Below are positions 25,556 to 39,381 of a DNA stretch of 64,000 bases, in pieces (position 1 is the first letter of the stretch; each line of letters starts with the position of its first letter). Source of the stretch: Escherichia coli (lineage in GTDB: Bacteria > Pseudomonadota > Gammaproteobacteria > Enterobacterales > Enterobacteriaceae); the NCBI RefSeq assembly GCF_003334405.1, contig NZ_QOWM01000001.1. One strand, 5' to 3'. A program made the translations under genes and the position numbers. Below the pieces are notes generated by a model. That model saw nothing but the letters and a program-made list of their open reading frames with translations. It made no database searches and was not told the DNA's origin.

Positions 25556-26242
25556 ATGTTGTATGGGTTTTCAGGTGTTATTTTACAGGGTGCGCTCGTC
25601 ACGCTGGAGCTGGCTATCAGCTCTGTAGTGCTCGCTGTAATCATCGGTTTAATTGGCGCTGGCGGTAAGCTCTCGCAAAATCGGCTTTCGGGGCTGATTT
25701 TCGAAGGGTACACCACGCTGATTCGTGGCGTGCCGGACTTAGTGTTGATGCTGCTGATTTTCTACGGTTTGCAGATTGCGCTAAACACGGTGACGGAGGC
25801 GATGGGCGTCGGGCAGATTGATATCGATCCGATGGTCGCTGGTATTATCACTCTCGGTTTTATCTACGGTGCTTATTTTACCGAAACGTTCCGTGGTGCT
25901 TTTATGGCAGTGCCGAAAGGACATATAGAGGCGGCGACGGCGTTCGGTTTTACTCGTGGGCAAGTGTTTCGGCGGATCATGTTTCCGTCGATGATGCGTT
26001 ACGCCCTGCCAGGCATTGGCAACAACTGGCAGGTGATCCTCAAATCTACCGCACTGGTTTCGTTACTCGGCCTGGAAGATGTGGTCAAAGCCACCCAACT
26101 GGCAGGCAAAAGTACCTGGGAACCGTTCTATTTCGCCATCGTCTGTGGCGTGATTTACCTGGTTTTCACCACTGTTTCCAATGGTGTGCTGCTGTTCCTT
26201 GAGCGCCGCTACTCCGTGGGTGTGAAGAGGGCTGACCTGTGA
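25556..26242 (+). CDS. hisQ: Histidine/LAO ABC transporter permease (228 aa)
   Basis: Polar amino-acid ABC permease, EAA-like loop; synteny. Confidence 0.9.
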   Translation: MLYGFSGVILQGALVTLELAISSVVLAVIIGLIGAGGKLSQNRLSGLIFEGYTTLIRGVPDLVLMLLIFYGLQIALNTVTEAMGVGQIDIDPMVAGIITLGFIYGAYFTETFRGAFMAVPKGHIEAATAFGFTRGQVFRRIMFPSMMRYALPGIGNNWQVILKSTALVSLLGLEDVVKATQLAGKSTWEPFYFAIVCGVIYLVFTTVSNGVLLFLERRYSVGVKRADL

Positions 26243-26955
26243 TCGAAATCTTACATGAATACTGGAAACCGCTGCTGTGGACCGACGGTTATCGCTTTAC
26301 TGGTGTGGCGATCACTCTGTGGCTGCTTATTTTGTCGGTAGTGATAGGCGGAGTCCTGGCGCTGTTTCTGGCGATTGGTCGTGTCTCCAGTAATAAATAC
26401 ATCCAGTTTCCAATCTGGTTATTTACCTATATTTTTCGCGGTACGCCGCTGTATGTTCAGTTGCTGGTGTTCTATTCCGGCATGTACACGCTTGAGATTG
26501 TTAAGGGAACCGAATTCCTTAACGCTTTCTTCCGCAGTGGCCTGAACTGTACCGTGCTGGCGCTGACGCTTAACACCTGCGCTTACACTACCGAGATTTT
26601 TGCTGGGGCAATCCGTTCGGTTCCGCATGGGGAAATTGAAGCCGCCAGAGCCTATGGCTTCTCGACTTTTAAAATGTATCGCTGCATTATTTTGCCTTCT
26701 GCGCTGCGTATTGCGTTACCGGCATACAGCAACGAAGTGATCCTGATGCTGCACTCTACTGCGTTGGCATTTACTGCCACGGTGCCGGATCTGCTGAAAA
26801 TAGCCCGCGATATTAACGCCGCCACGTATCAACCTTTTACCGCCTTCGGCATTGCCGCGGTGCTCTATTTAATCATCTCTTATGTCCTGATCAGCCTCTT
26901 TCGCAGAGCGGAAAAACGCTGGTTGCAGCATGTGAAACCTTCTTCAACGCACTGA
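26239..26955 (+). CDS. hisM: Histidine/LAO ABC transporter permease (238 aa)
   Basis: GTG start in GTGA overlap with hisQ stop; permease profile. Confidence 0.9.
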   Translation: MIEILHEYWKPLLWTDGYRFTGVAITLWLLILSVVIGGVLALFLAIGRVSSNKYIQFPIWLFTYIFRGTPLYVQLLVFYSGMYTLEIVKGTEFLNAFFRSGLNCTVLALTLNTCAYTTEIFAGAIRSVPHGEIEAARAYGFSTFKMYRCIILPSALRIALPAYSNEVILMLHSTALAFTATVPDLLKIARDINAATYQPFTAFGIAAVLYLIISYVLISLFRRAEKRWLQHVKPSSTH

Positions 26956-26962
26956 GAATACG

Positions 26963-27736
26963 ATGTCCGAGAATAAATTAAACGTTATCGATTTGCACAA
27001 ACGCTACGGCGAACATGAAGTGCTGAAAGGGGTATCACTGCAAGCGAATGCCGGAGATGTAATAAGCATCATCGGATCGTCGGGATCGGGGAAAAGTACC
27101 TTTCTGCGCTGCATTAACTTCCTCGAAAAACCGAGTGAAGGGTCGATCGTGGTCAATGGCCAGACGATCAATCTGGTGCGCGACAAAGACGGTCAACTCA
27201 AAGTCGCCGATAAAAATCAACTGCGCTTACTGCGCACACGCCTGACGATGGTATTCCAGCACTTCAATCTCTGGAGCCATATGACGGTGCTGGAAAACGT
27301 CATGGAAGCGCCGATTCAGGTGTTGGGCCTGAGCAAGCAGGAAGCGCGCGAGCGGGCGGTGAAGTATCTGGCAAAAGTCGGGATAGACGAACGTGCGCAG
27401 GGGAAATATCCGGTGCATCTTTCCGGCGGTCAGCAACAGCGTGTTTCTATCGCGCGGGCGCTGGCGATGGAACCGGAAGTTTTACTGTTTGATGAACCTA
27501 CCTCGGCGCTCGATCCTGAACTGGTAGGCGAAGTGTTGCGTATTATGCAGCAACTGGCAGAAGAGGGGAAAACCATGGTGGTAGTGACTCACGAAATGGG
27601 CTTTGCTCGCCATGTTTCTACTCATGTCATTTTCCTCCATCAGGGGAAAATAGAAGAAGAGGGCGCGCCGGAGCAGTTATTTGGCAACCCGCAAAGCCCT
27701 CGTCTGCAACGGTTCCTTAAGGGATCGCTGAAATAA
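26963..27736 (+). CDS. hisP: Histidine/LAO ABC transporter ATP-binding protein (257 aa)
   Basis: Walker [13 protein letters not shown] signature LSGGQQQR, Walker [12 protein letters not shown]. Confidence 0.95.
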
Positions 27737-27742
27737 TTTCCT

Positions 27743-27772
27743 CTCCGGTGGCTAACGCTGCCGGAGTATTTT
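27743..27772 (+). terminator. Putative terminator after hisP
   Basis: Stem CTCCGG / CCGGAG followed by TATTTT. Confidence 0.45.
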
Positions 27773-27932
27773 CATGGGGAATTTGCGAGTCAGCTTCCGC
27801 TGAAATGTAAAAGTTACAGTCCGCTAAAAATACTTCTGAATTCGCTGTCCAAAGATAAAAACTGCCTGCTGCATTGGGTGTTAATCGTGGTTATTGTCGC
27901 GTCATCTTAAATTTGAGGGGTGACGGAACGCC

Positions 27933-28823
27933 ATGACAATATCGACAACTTCCACGCCGCATGATGCGGTATTTAAATCTTTTTTACGCCATCCAGACAC
28001 CGCGCGGGATTTTATTGATATTCATCTTCCCGCGCCGCTGCGCAAACTGTGTGATTTAACGACGCTTAAACTGGAACCAAACAGTTTTATTGATGAAGAC
28101 CTGCGGCAATATTATTCCGACCTCTTGTGGTCTGTGAAAACGCAGGAGGGAGTGGGTTATATTTATGTAGTGATAGAGCACCAAAGTAAGCCGGAAGAAT
28201 TAATGGCTTTTCGCATGATGCGTTATTCCATTGCGGCAATGCAAAACCATCTTGATGCGGGCTATAAAGAGCTTCCATTGGTGCTCCCGATGCTGTTTTA
28301 TCATGGTTGCAGAAGTCCTTATCCTTATTCACTCTGCTGGCTTGATGAATTTGCCGAGCCTGCTATAGCCCGCAAAATATATTCATCGGCTTTTCCGTTG
28401 GTGGATATTACCGTGGTGCCGGATGACGAGATTATGCAACACCGCAAAATGGCGCTGTTGGAGTTAATTCAGAAACATATTCGTCAGCGCGATCTGTTGG
28501 GATTAGTCGACCAAATTGTTTCGCTGCTAGTTACAGGGAACACTAATGACAGACAGCTAAAAGCCCTGTTTAATTACGTATTACAAACAGGGGATGCCCA
28601 GCGTTTTCGTGCATTTATTGGTGAGATAGCGGAACGCGCACCACAAGAAAAGGAGAAACTGATGACCATTGCTGACAGATTACGTGAAGAAGGCGCAATG
28701 CAGGGCAAACACGAAGAAGCCCTGCGTATTGCTCAGGAGATGCTGGATAGAGGTTTAGACAGAGAGTTAGTTATGATGGTGACCCGACTTTCACCAGACG
28801 ATCTTATCGCGCAAAGCCACTAA
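27933..28823 (+). CDS. rpnB: Recombination-promoting nuclease RpnB (296 aa)
   Basis: Sequence recalled as YfcI/RpnB (Rpn family, transposase-related nuclease); isolated gene, no flanking inverted repeats. Confidence 0.8.
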
Positions 28824-28870
28824 TCCTGTAACACCGGGAGTTAACTGGCGGATGTTTGCTGTAAACCACA

Positions 28871-29764
28871 TCAGCGAACGACATCCGCCAGCGCCTCTTC
28901 TAAATCGTACCAGCGAAACGCAAAACCCGCTTCTTCCAGCCGTTTAGGCAGCGCGCGTTGTCCACCTAATACCAGTACTGAAGATTCGCCCATTAACAGT
29001 CGAATGGCGGTCGCGGGGACGCGCAAAATGGCCGGGCGATGCAGCGCATGACCGAGCGCATGGGCAAATTGTTCATTGCGTACCGGGTAGGGCGAAACCA
29101 TATTAAATGGCCCGCGCAGCTCGTTATCCAGCAGCCAGAGAATACCGTTGACCATATCATCAATATGAATCCAGGCCAGATACTGCCGACCAGAGCCAAT
29201 CGGCCCGCCCAGGCCAAGACGAAACGGCGGCAGCATTTTACCGAGAATACCGCCATCCGGTGCCAGCACTACACCGGTACGCAGCAGGCACACTCGCGTT
29301 TTGTCACTTTGCGCCCGGCAGGCAATTTCTTCCCAGCGAGCGCAGAGTTTATGGGTAAATTCGTTATGCGGCGGTTCCTCTTCGGTAACCACCACTTCAC
29401 CTAAGTCACCATAATAGCCCGTTGCCGAGCCGGAAATGAGTACCGACGGTGGCGTGTCGCTGGCATTAATCAAATCGACCAGTTTTTGCGTGATATTCCA
29501 GCGGCTTTGGCAGAGACGCTCTTTTTGCTCGTGAGTCCAGCGTTTATCAGCAATCGGTTCTCCGGCCAGGTTGATTACCGCATCAACGCCGTTGAGGTTG
29601 CTTTGATCGGCAAGCCCTTGCCATAGTGTCACCCGAGGGCCGAGAACGGAACTGGCTTTCTGCGGGTTACGCGTCACTACCGTAATTTGATGGCCCAGCT
29701 CCAGCAAACGCGGAATCAAATGGCGACCAATTAATCCTGTCCCTCCGGTGATCACTATGTTCAT
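28871..29764 (-). CDS. yfcH: NAD-dependent epimerase/dehydratase-family protein (297 aa)
   Basis: N-terminal Rossmann motif ITGGTGLIG; synteny. Confidence 0.8.
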
Positions 29765-29784
29765 GCAGCCTCCCGATATGGCGA

Positions 29785-30147
29785 TTAACGCTGCCAGCTT
29801 AAGGTCATGGATACCGAATCGGCGTAGCGCAGCGCGTGCAGTTTATCGATCTCCACTTCAGCATACGTCACCCAGTGATGTTCACGTGCGATATCGAGCA
29901 CATCCTGAGTTAATTTTTCCAGCAAAGAGAAACGGTTATTCTCTACATGCTGAATAATGTTTTTCGTTACGGTGCGATAATTCAGCGCATCGTTGATATC
30001 TTCGCTAGTGCGCGCTTTATCGGCGGGGTAGTGGATCGTCACATTGATAACAATATCCTGACGGTTGTTAATTTCTTCTTCCTTAATTCCGATAAACGTA
30101 CGCAAACGAAGGTTCTTTATACGAATAATAGCGGCAGGTTGTGCCAT
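29785..30147 (-). CDS. folX: Dihydroneopterin triphosphate 2'-epimerase (120 aa)
   Basis: FolB/FolX fold; full-length match to recalled FolX. Confidence 0.85.
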
Positions 30148-30203
30148 TGCAGGTTCTCCGTTGTTTTACTTAGGATGAAATAATACACGAGAACCTGTTT
30201 CTG

Positions 30204-31680
<1,477 letters not shown>

Positions 31681-31683
31681 TGA

Positions 31684-32238
31684 GTGATGAAACTGATGTT
31701 TGCATCGGACATTCATGGGTCGTTACCGGCGACGGAACGTGTTCTGGAGTTGTTTGCCCAAAGCGGTGCCCAGTGGCTGGTGATCCTTGGCGACGTGTTG
31801 AATCACGGCCCGCGTAATGCTTTACCGGAGGGTTACGCGCCAGCCAAAGTCGCTGAACGGCTTAATGAAGTGGCACATAAGGTTATCGCTGTGCGCGGCA
31901 ACTGCGACAGCGAAGTGGATCAAATGCTGCTGCATTTCCCGATAACCGCGCCGTGGCAACAGGTATTACTGGAAAAACAACGTCTGTTTTTGACGCATGG
32001 TCATCTTTTTGGCCCGGAAAATCTGCCTGCTTTAAACCAGAACGATGTGCTGGTGTACGGTCATACCCATCTGCCAGTGGCAGAACAGCGGGGGGAGATT
32101 TTCCACTTCAACCCCGGCTCGGTGAGTATTCCGAAAGGCGGTAATCCGGCGAGTTATGGCATGCTGGATAATGACGTACTTAGTGTAATCGCACTCAATG
32201 ATCAAAGTATCATTGCGCAGGTCGCGATTAATCCGTAA
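31684..32238 (+). CDS. yfcE: Mn-dependent metallophosphoesterase (184 aa)
   Basis: Calcineurin-like motifs (DIHG.., GDVLNHG, GHTH). Confidence 0.8.
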   Translation: MMKLMFASDIHGSLPATERVLELFAQSGAQWLVILGDVLNHGPRNALPEGYAPAKVAERLNEVAHKVIAVRGNCDSEVDQMLLHFPITAPWQQVLLEKQRLFLTHGHLFGPENLPALNQNDVLVYGHTHLPVAEQRGEIFHFNPGSVSIPKGGNPASYGMLDNDVLSVIALNDQSIIAQVAINP

Positions 32239-32295
32239 TTTACCCACAACTCAAAATGCGCCGTAAGAGCGCCAGAAAAAGAAGGTTTCCTGATA

Positions 32296-32838
32296 ATGGA
32301 ACAGCGTCGTTTGGCAAGTACTGAATGGGTGGATATTGTCAATGAAGAGAACGAAGTCATTGCACAAGCCAGCCGGGAACAAATGCGGGCACAGTGTCTG
32401 CGTCATCGTGCAACTTACATCGTCGTGCATGATGGCATGGGCAAAATTCTGGTCCAGCGTCGTACCGAGACAAAAGACTTTTTACCCGGCATGTTAGATG
32501 CGACCGCAGGCGGTGTAGTCCAGGCCGATGAGCAACTGCTGGAATCCGCGCGTCGCGAAGCGGAAGAAGAGTTGGGCATTGCCGGTGTCCCCTTTGCCGA
32601 GCACGGGCAGTTCTATTTCGAAGATAAAAATTGCCGTGTCTGGGGCGCATTGTTCAGCTGCGTCTCTCACGGTCCCTTCGCACTACAGGAAGATGAAGTC
32701 AGTGAAGTTTGCTGGCTGACGCCGGAAGAAATCACCGCACGCTGCGATGAGTTCACTCCAGACTCGCTGAAAGCGCTAGCGTTGTGGATGAAGCGCAATG
32801 CCAAAAATGAAGCCGTAGAGACTGAAACGGCAGAATGA
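32296..32838 (+). CDS. yfcD: Nudix hydrolase (180 aa)
   Basis: Nudix box around ..[13 protein letters not shown].. Confidence 0.8.
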
Positions 32839-32870
32839 AAAAAGAGCCGCAATTGCGGCTCTTAACATTT
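32837..32870. terminator. Bidirectional terminator between convergent yfcD and yfcC
   Basis: Stem AGAGCCGC-AATT-GCGGCTCT flanked by an A-run upstream and T-run downstream. Confidence 0.65.
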
Positions 32871-34391
32871 TTAGTGGTAGCCCATCAACTGAGCGCCGAT
32901 CACTACGACGCTGGACATAATAAACAGCAGTCCAAGTAGGGTCGCGCCCACCTTCAGCCAGTTACGGAAGTCCACCCTGCACACACCGAGCGTTGCCATT
33001 AACGACGCTGAGGTTGGGTAAATGATGTGACTGAAGCCATCACCAAACTGGAACGCCAGCACGGTAACCTGACGGTTAACACCGACCAGATCGCCAAGCG
33101 GTGCCAGTAACGGCATGGTTAACGCCGCCTGACCAGAACCGGACGTCACGAAGAAATTAAATACCGCCTGGAAGAGCAACATAAACCAGGCCGCGACCGC
33201 GTTGTCCAGACCGCTAATGGCATTGGCAATGCTGTTGAGGATGGTATTTAACACGCTGGCATCACCCGCTTCACCATTACCGACCAGCAGCAAAATCCCT
33301 TTGGCGAAACCCACCAGCAGGGCAGGGGCGATCATCATTCGCGCCCCTTCGGTAAAGGATGAAGCCATGGTATTAACCGTCATGCCGTTAAGGCGGAAAA
33401 CAACGCCGATGATGCCAATCACCAGACCCATGGTGAAGAACTGGCTGGCAATTTCTGGAATAAACCAGGCATTAACGATCACGCCCCAAATCACCCAGAC
33501 CATTACAGCGGTCAGGACAATCAATACCAGCCAGTCACCAAAGGTAAACGGACGTTGTTCAACATCAGCCTGCTTTTCACGAAAGAAGCGGTCGGACTCA
33601 TGCACGCGTGACAGAAGAGGATTCTTTTTCACTCGTGAGGCGTACACCATGGTAAAGATCAGGCCAATCAGAGTGGCGATAACCCACACCACGATGCGCA
33701 ACCCGGAGCCAGAAAGCACCGGAACGCCGGCAATCCCCTGAGCAACGACCACACAAAACGGGTTCATCCACGAACTGGCAAAACCGATTTGCGTGGCAAT
33801 ATAGGTCACCAGGACGGTGGTAATACTGTCATAGCCCAGCCGGACCATTAGCGGTGCGATGATAATGGCAAAGGCGACGGCCTCTTCTCCCATACCAAAT
33901 ACCGCGCCGCCAAGTGAAAACAGAATAAACAGCGCAGGAATAAAGAGAATTTCATTCCCGCGGGTATGGCGAATAAGCGCCAGGATACCGTTATCAATGG
34001 TTCCTGTACGCATCACAATGCCAAACGCGCCGCCAATCACCAGCATAAACATGATGATGCCAACGGCTGTCCCGTATTTCGATCCTGAGGTTAATCCTTC
34101 AAACGGGAAGTTCATCAGGCCCGGGCGTTCATCGCCCGTCGTGAACAGCTGTACGCGGTGATACTCAGGTTCGCCTGCTTCGTTAGTCAGAATGCGAAAT
34201 GAGTGTGGATCTACGACTTTGCGTGTTTTTGTTTGACCATCAACCTGATACTGCACTTCCTGACTGTCAAACATCCCCACCGGAACTACCCAGGTGGCAA
34301 GGCTGGTTAAAATAGCAACAAAAAAGATAATCACCAACGTATCGGGCATTGCCCATCTTCTTGTTGGTTTGGATTCAGTGATTGCGGACAT
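32871..34391 (-). CDS. yfcC: YfcC/C4-dicarboxylate-anaerobic-carrier-like inner membrane transporter (506 aa)
   Basis: Large polytopic membrane ORF; start placed at MSAITESKPTRR.. (34391) from recalled YfcC; ORF extends to 34412. Confidence 0.8.
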   Translation of the reverse strand: MSAITESKPTRRWAMPDTLVIIFFVAILTSLATWVVPVGMFDSQEVQYQVDGQTKTRKVVDPHSFRILTNEAGEPEYHRVQLFTTGDERPGLMNFPFEGLTSGSKYGTAVGIIMFMLVIGGAFGIVMRTGTIDNGILALIRHTRGNEILFIPALFILFSLGGAVFGMGEEAVAFAIIIAPLMVRLGYDSITTVLVTYIATQIGFASSWMNPFCVVVAQGIAGVPVLSGSGLRIVVWVIATLIGLIFTMVYASRVKKNPLLSRVHESDRFFREKQADVEQRPFTFGDWLVLIVLTAVMVWVIWGVIVNAWFIPEIASQFFTMGLVIGIIGVVFRLNGMTVNTMASSFTEGARMMIAPALLVGFAKGILLLVGNGEAGDASVLNTILNSIANAISGLDNAVAAWFMLLFQAVFNFFVTSGSGQAALTMPLLAPLGDLVGVNRQVTVLAFQFGDGFSHIIYPTSASLMATLGVCRVDFRNWLKVGATLLGLLFIMSSVVVIGAQLMGYH

Positions 34392-34509
34392 AGCGCAAAT
34401 ATTCCCTTGCACAAAACAAAGTGGTAAGTATGCAAAGTGGGATGGCGCAATTCATTGATGCAGCGCAGTTAAGCAAGATAATCAGAAAGGATTAATGCAA
34501 ATTAAGAGA

Positions 34510-34542
34510 ATAAAAAACCGGAAATAGTGATTATTTCCGGTT
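34510..34542 (-). terminator. Rho-independent terminator of pta
   Basis: Minus-strand hairpin AACCGGAAAT / ATTTCCGGTT followed by U-run; a second hairpin ATCCGCAGC / GCTGCGGAT lies just after the stop. Confidence 0.6.
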
Positions 34543-34580
34543 CAGATATCCGCAGCGCAAAGCTGCGGATGATGACGAGA

Positions 34581-36725
34581 TTACTGCTGCTGTGCAGACT
34601 GAATCGCAGTCAGCGCGATGGTGTAGACGATATCGTCAACCAGTGCGCCACGGGACAGGTCGTTAACCGGCTTGCGCATACCCTGCAGCATCGGCCCGAT
34701 GGAGATCAGGTCGGCAGAACGCTGTACCGCTTTGTAGGTGGTGTTACCGGTGTTCAGATCCGGGAAGATGAACACGGTAGCGCGACCTGCAACCGGAGAG
34801 TTCGGCGCTTTGGATTTCGCAACGTCAGCCATTACCGCAGCGTCGTACTGCAGCGGACCGTCGATCATCAGGTCAGGACGTTTTTCCTGCGCCAGACGAG
34901 TTGCTTCGCGAACTTTTTCTACGTCGCTACCTGCACCAGAAGTACCGGTGGAGTAGGAGAGCATAGCAACGCGCGGTTCGATACCGAAGGCCGCAGCGGA
35001 ATCAGCGGACTGAATCGCGATTTCTGCCAGCTGTTCAGCGGTCGGATCCGGGTTGATCGCACAGTCACCGTAAACGTAAACCTGTTCCGGCAGCAGCATG
35101 AAGAACACGGAAGATACCAGGGAGCTGCCCGGTGCAGTTTTGATCAGCTGCAGCGGCGGACGGATGGTGTTTGCGGTAGTGTGAACAGCACCGGAAACCA
35201 GACCATCAACTTCATCCTGTTCCAGCATCAGCGTACCGAGCACCACGTTGTCTTCCAGCTGTTCGCGGGCAACGGTTTCGGTCATGCCTTTGTTCTTACG
35301 CAGTTCGACCAGACGACCAACATAGCTTTCGCGAACCACTTCTGGATCAACGATTTCAATCCCTGCACCCAGTTCTACACCCTGAGACGCTGCAACACGG
35401 TTGATCTCTGCCGGATTACCCAGCAGTACGCAAGTTGCGATACCACGTTCAGCACAGATAGCGGCTGCTTTAACGGTACGCGGTTCGTCACCTTCCGGCA
35501 GTACGATACGTTTGCCCGCTTTGCGCGCAAGTTCAGTCAGCTGATAACGGAACGCAGGCGGAGACAGACGACGGCTGCGCTCAGAAGTGGCAGTCAGAGA
35601 TTCGATCCAGTCAGCGTTGATGTAGTTAGCAACGTATTCCTGAACTTTCTCGATACGTTCGTGATCGTCAACCGGAACTTCCAGGTTGAAGCTCTGCAGG
35701 CTCAGAGAGGTCTGCCAGGTGTTGGTGTTCACCATAAATACCGGCAGGCCGGTAGCGAAAGCACGTTCGCACAGTTTAGAAATGCGCGCGTCCATTTCGT
35801 AACCGCCAGTCAGCAGCAGGGCACCGATTTCTACGCCGTTCATGGCTGCCAGGCAAGCGGCCACCAGCACGTCAGGACGGTCTGCGGAAGTCACCAGCAG
35901 AGAACCGGCACGGAAGTGCTCCAGCATGTGCGGAATGCTGCGTGCGCAGAAAGTGACGGATTTAACGCGGCGAGTATTGATGTCGCCTTCGTTGATGATG
36001 GTCGCATTCAGGTGGCGAGCCATATCGATCGCACGAGTCGCGATCAGGTCAAAGCTCCACGGCACAGCGCCGAGAACCGGCAGCGGGCTGGATTCTTGCA
36101 GCTTCGCCGGATCAACATTGTTTACTTTAGCTTTGGAGGAGTCGTCGAAAATCTCGGACAGATCCGGGCGAGTACGACCCTGTTCATCAACCGGTGCGTT
36201 CAGTTTGTTAACGATAACGCCGGTGATGTTGGTGTTTTTGGCACCGCCGAAGCTGTTGCGGGTCAGTTCGATACGCTCTTTCAGCTGTTCCGGGGTGTCA
36301 GTGCCCTGAGACATAACGAAGACGATTTCCGCATTCAGCGTTTTAGCGATTTCGTAGTTCAGAGACTGGGCAAACTGGTGCTTACGTGTCGGGACCAGAC
36401 CTTCAACCAGAACGACTTCAGCGTCTTTGGTGTTAGCGTGGTAGTTTGCGACGATCTCTTCCATCAGCACATCTTTCTGATTGCTGGAAAGCAGACCTTC
36501 AACGTAGCTCATTTTCAGCGGTTCAGCGGCCGTCGTGGTGGAAGAGTTCGCACGCACGATAGTCGTAGTCTGATCGGGCGCATCGCCACCGGTACGCGGC
36601 TGAGCGATAGGTTTGAAAACGCTCAGACGAACGCCTTTGCGTTCCATTGCACGGATCACGCCAAGGCTGACGCTGGTCAGACCGACGCTGGTTCCGGTAG
36701 GGATCAGCATAATAATACGGGACAC
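34581..36725 (-). CDS. pta: Phosphate acetyltransferase (714 aa)
   Basis: Full-length match to recalled Pta ([22 protein letters not shown]..). Confidence 0.95.
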
Positions 36726-36799
36726 GGTTTATCCTCTTTCGTTACCGCCGATTTGGCGGGTTACAAAACAGCACCGCCAGCTGAGCTGGCGGTGTGAAA

Positions 36800-38002
36800 T
36801 CAGGCAGTCAGGCGGCTCGCGTCTTGCGCGATAACCAGTTCTTCGTTGGTTGGGATAACCACCGCAGGACGGGTACCTTCTTTGTTGATGAAACCAGATT
36901 TGCCGAAACGTGCAGCCAGGTTGCGTTCATGATCAACTTCAAAGCCCAGCACGCCCAGTTTGCCCAGAGACAGTTCACGAACCATTGCGGCATTTTCACC
37001 GATACCACCAGTGAATACAACAGCGTCCAGACGACCATCCATCAGCGCAGTGTAGGCACCGATGTATTTCGCCAGGCGGTGGCAGTAAACGTCCATTGCG
37101 CGCTTCGCGTCTTCTTTCGTCGCGTAGTTGTCTTCAACATAGCGGCAGTCGCTGGTCACTTCGGTCAGACCCAGCAGGCCAGACTCTTTGGTCAGCAGTT
37201 TGTTGATTGCGTCAACGCTCATGCCCAGGGTGTCGTGCAGGTGGAAGATGATCGCCGGATCGATATCACCAGAACGGGTACCCATGACCAGACCTTCCAG
37301 CGGGGTCAGGCCCATAGAGGTGTCAACGCATTTACCGTTGCGGATAGCAGAAACGGAACCACCGTTGCCCAGGTGGCAGGTGATGATGTTCAGTTCTTCT
37401 ACCGGTTTGTTCAGCATTTTTGCCGCTTCCTGGGTTACATAGAAGTGGCTGGTGCCGTGCGCGCCGTAACGACGGATGCCGTGCTCTTTGTACAGGTTGT
37501 AAGGCAGGGCGTAGAGGTAAGACTCTTCCGGCATAGTCTGGTGGAACGCGGTGTCAAATACAGCAACGTTTTTGTCTTTCAGCTGTGGGAAAGATTTCAG
37601 AGCTTCTTCGATACCGATCAGGTGAGCCGGGTTGTGCAGCGGTGCAAAAGAAGCTGCATCTTTGATACCCTGAATAACAGACTCATCGATCACTACGGAG
37701 CTGGTATACTTTTCGCCGCCGTGTACGATACGGTGACCGATAGCAGTCAGCTGCGCAGACAGTTCTGGTTTTTGTGCCAGAATAGTATTAACGATAAAGT
37801 TGAGCGCTTCGCTGTGAGCGGCGCCTGCACCTAAAGCCGCTTCCTGTTTATTGCCGTCCATTTTCCATTTGATACGTGCTTCGGGCAGGTGGAAACATTC
37901 GGCTAAACCAGAAAGGTACTCTTCACCATTTACTGCATCGATGATGGCAAATTTCAGTGAAGAACTACCGCAGTTCAGAACCAGTACTAACTTACTCGAC
38001 AT
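36800..38002 (-). CDS. ackA: Acetate kinase (400 aa)
   Basis: [20 protein letters not shown].., ASKHA family; 74 bp upstream of pta. Confidence 0.95.
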   Translation of the reverse strand: MSSKLVLVLNCGSSSLKFAIIDAVNGEEYLSGLAECFHLPEARIKWKMDGNKQEAALGAGAAHSEALNFIVNTILAQKPELSAQLTAIGHRIVHGGEKYTSSVVIDESVIQGIKDAASFAPLHNPAHLIGIEEALKSFPQLKDKNVAVFDTAFHQTMPEESYLYALPYNLYKEHGIRRYGAHGTSHFYVTQEAAKMLNKPVEELNIITCHLGNGGSVSAIRNGKCVDTSMGLTPLEGLVMGTRSGDIDPAIIFHLHDTLGMSVDAINKLLTKESGLLGLTEVTSDCRYVEDNYATKEDAKRAMDVYCHRLAKYIGAYTALMDGRLDAVVFTGGIGENAAMVRELSLGKLGVLGFEVDHERNLAARFGKSGFINKEGTRPAVVIPTNEELVIAQDASRLTA

Positions 38003-38080
38003 GGAAGTACCTATAATTGATACGTGGCTAAAAAAACGTCAGGGAGCCATAGAGCGTAGCGCATGATGACACCGACATTT

Positions 38081-38094
38081 ATGATTAACATCAT
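38081..38094. promoter_or_regulatory. FNR/CRP-family-like dyad in divergent ackA / yfbV control region
   Basis: aTGAT-TAAC-ATCAt matches 8 of 10 positions of TTGAT-N4-ATCAA; lies about 80 bp upstream of ackA. Confidence 0.3.
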
Positions 38095-38339
38095 GCACTG
38101 CAAATTTTTTTTGCATGATGGAAGAAATATCTTGAGTCTATGCCATTTTGCGTAATTTTCAGCCAATGGCATAATGTATATGAATTTGACGACTCAATGA
38201 ATATGTACTACTTAGGCCTTCAGGCTGCTAAAGGATACCTGATAGTGGGTATGGAAGACAAAATGTTTTGAACGTTGTCCCGCTGAGTTGTGAATTTGCA
38301 CAAATTTTTGAATCTTTATATGTGAAGTTGAGGTGAAGC

Positions 38340-38795
38340 ATGTCAACGCCGGATAATCGTTCTGTTAATTTTTTTAGCTTGTTTCGCCGGGGACAGCATT
38401 ACTCAAAGACGTGGCCGCTGGAAAAACGCCTTGCCCCGGTCTTTGTCGAAAATCGCGTTATCAAGATGACGCGTTATGCGATCCGTTTTATGCCGCCGAT
38501 CGCCGTATTTACTCTCTGCTGGCAGATTGCCCTGGGCGGTCAGCTTGGGCCGGCAGTTGCCACTGCCCTGTTCGCCTTAAGTTTACCCATGCAGGGATTG
38601 TGGTGGCTGGGCAAGCGTTCTGTCACGCCATTACCCCCTGCAATCCTTAACTGGTTTTATGAAGTTCGCGGTAAATTGCAGGAGTCTGGACAGGTGTTGG
38701 CACCCGTTGAAGGCAAGCCTGATTACCAGGCATTAGCTGACACGCTTAAGCGCGCCTTCAAACAACTGGATAAAACTTTCCTTGATGATTTGTAA
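38340..38795 (+). CDS. yfbV: UPF0208-family inner membrane protein (151 aa)
   Basis: Two hydrophobic helices; synteny. Confidence 0.75.
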
Positions 38796-39371
<576 letters not shown>

Positions 39372-39381
39372 GGAGGCCCGC

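Noticed and set aside
34527..36797. 756-aa ORF on the plus strand
   Set aside because: Lies entirely antisense to pta, which is unambiguously recognisable. Long antisense ORFs are expected by chance in GC-rich coding DNA, and the translation is low-complexity (R/Q/V-rich) with no RBS.
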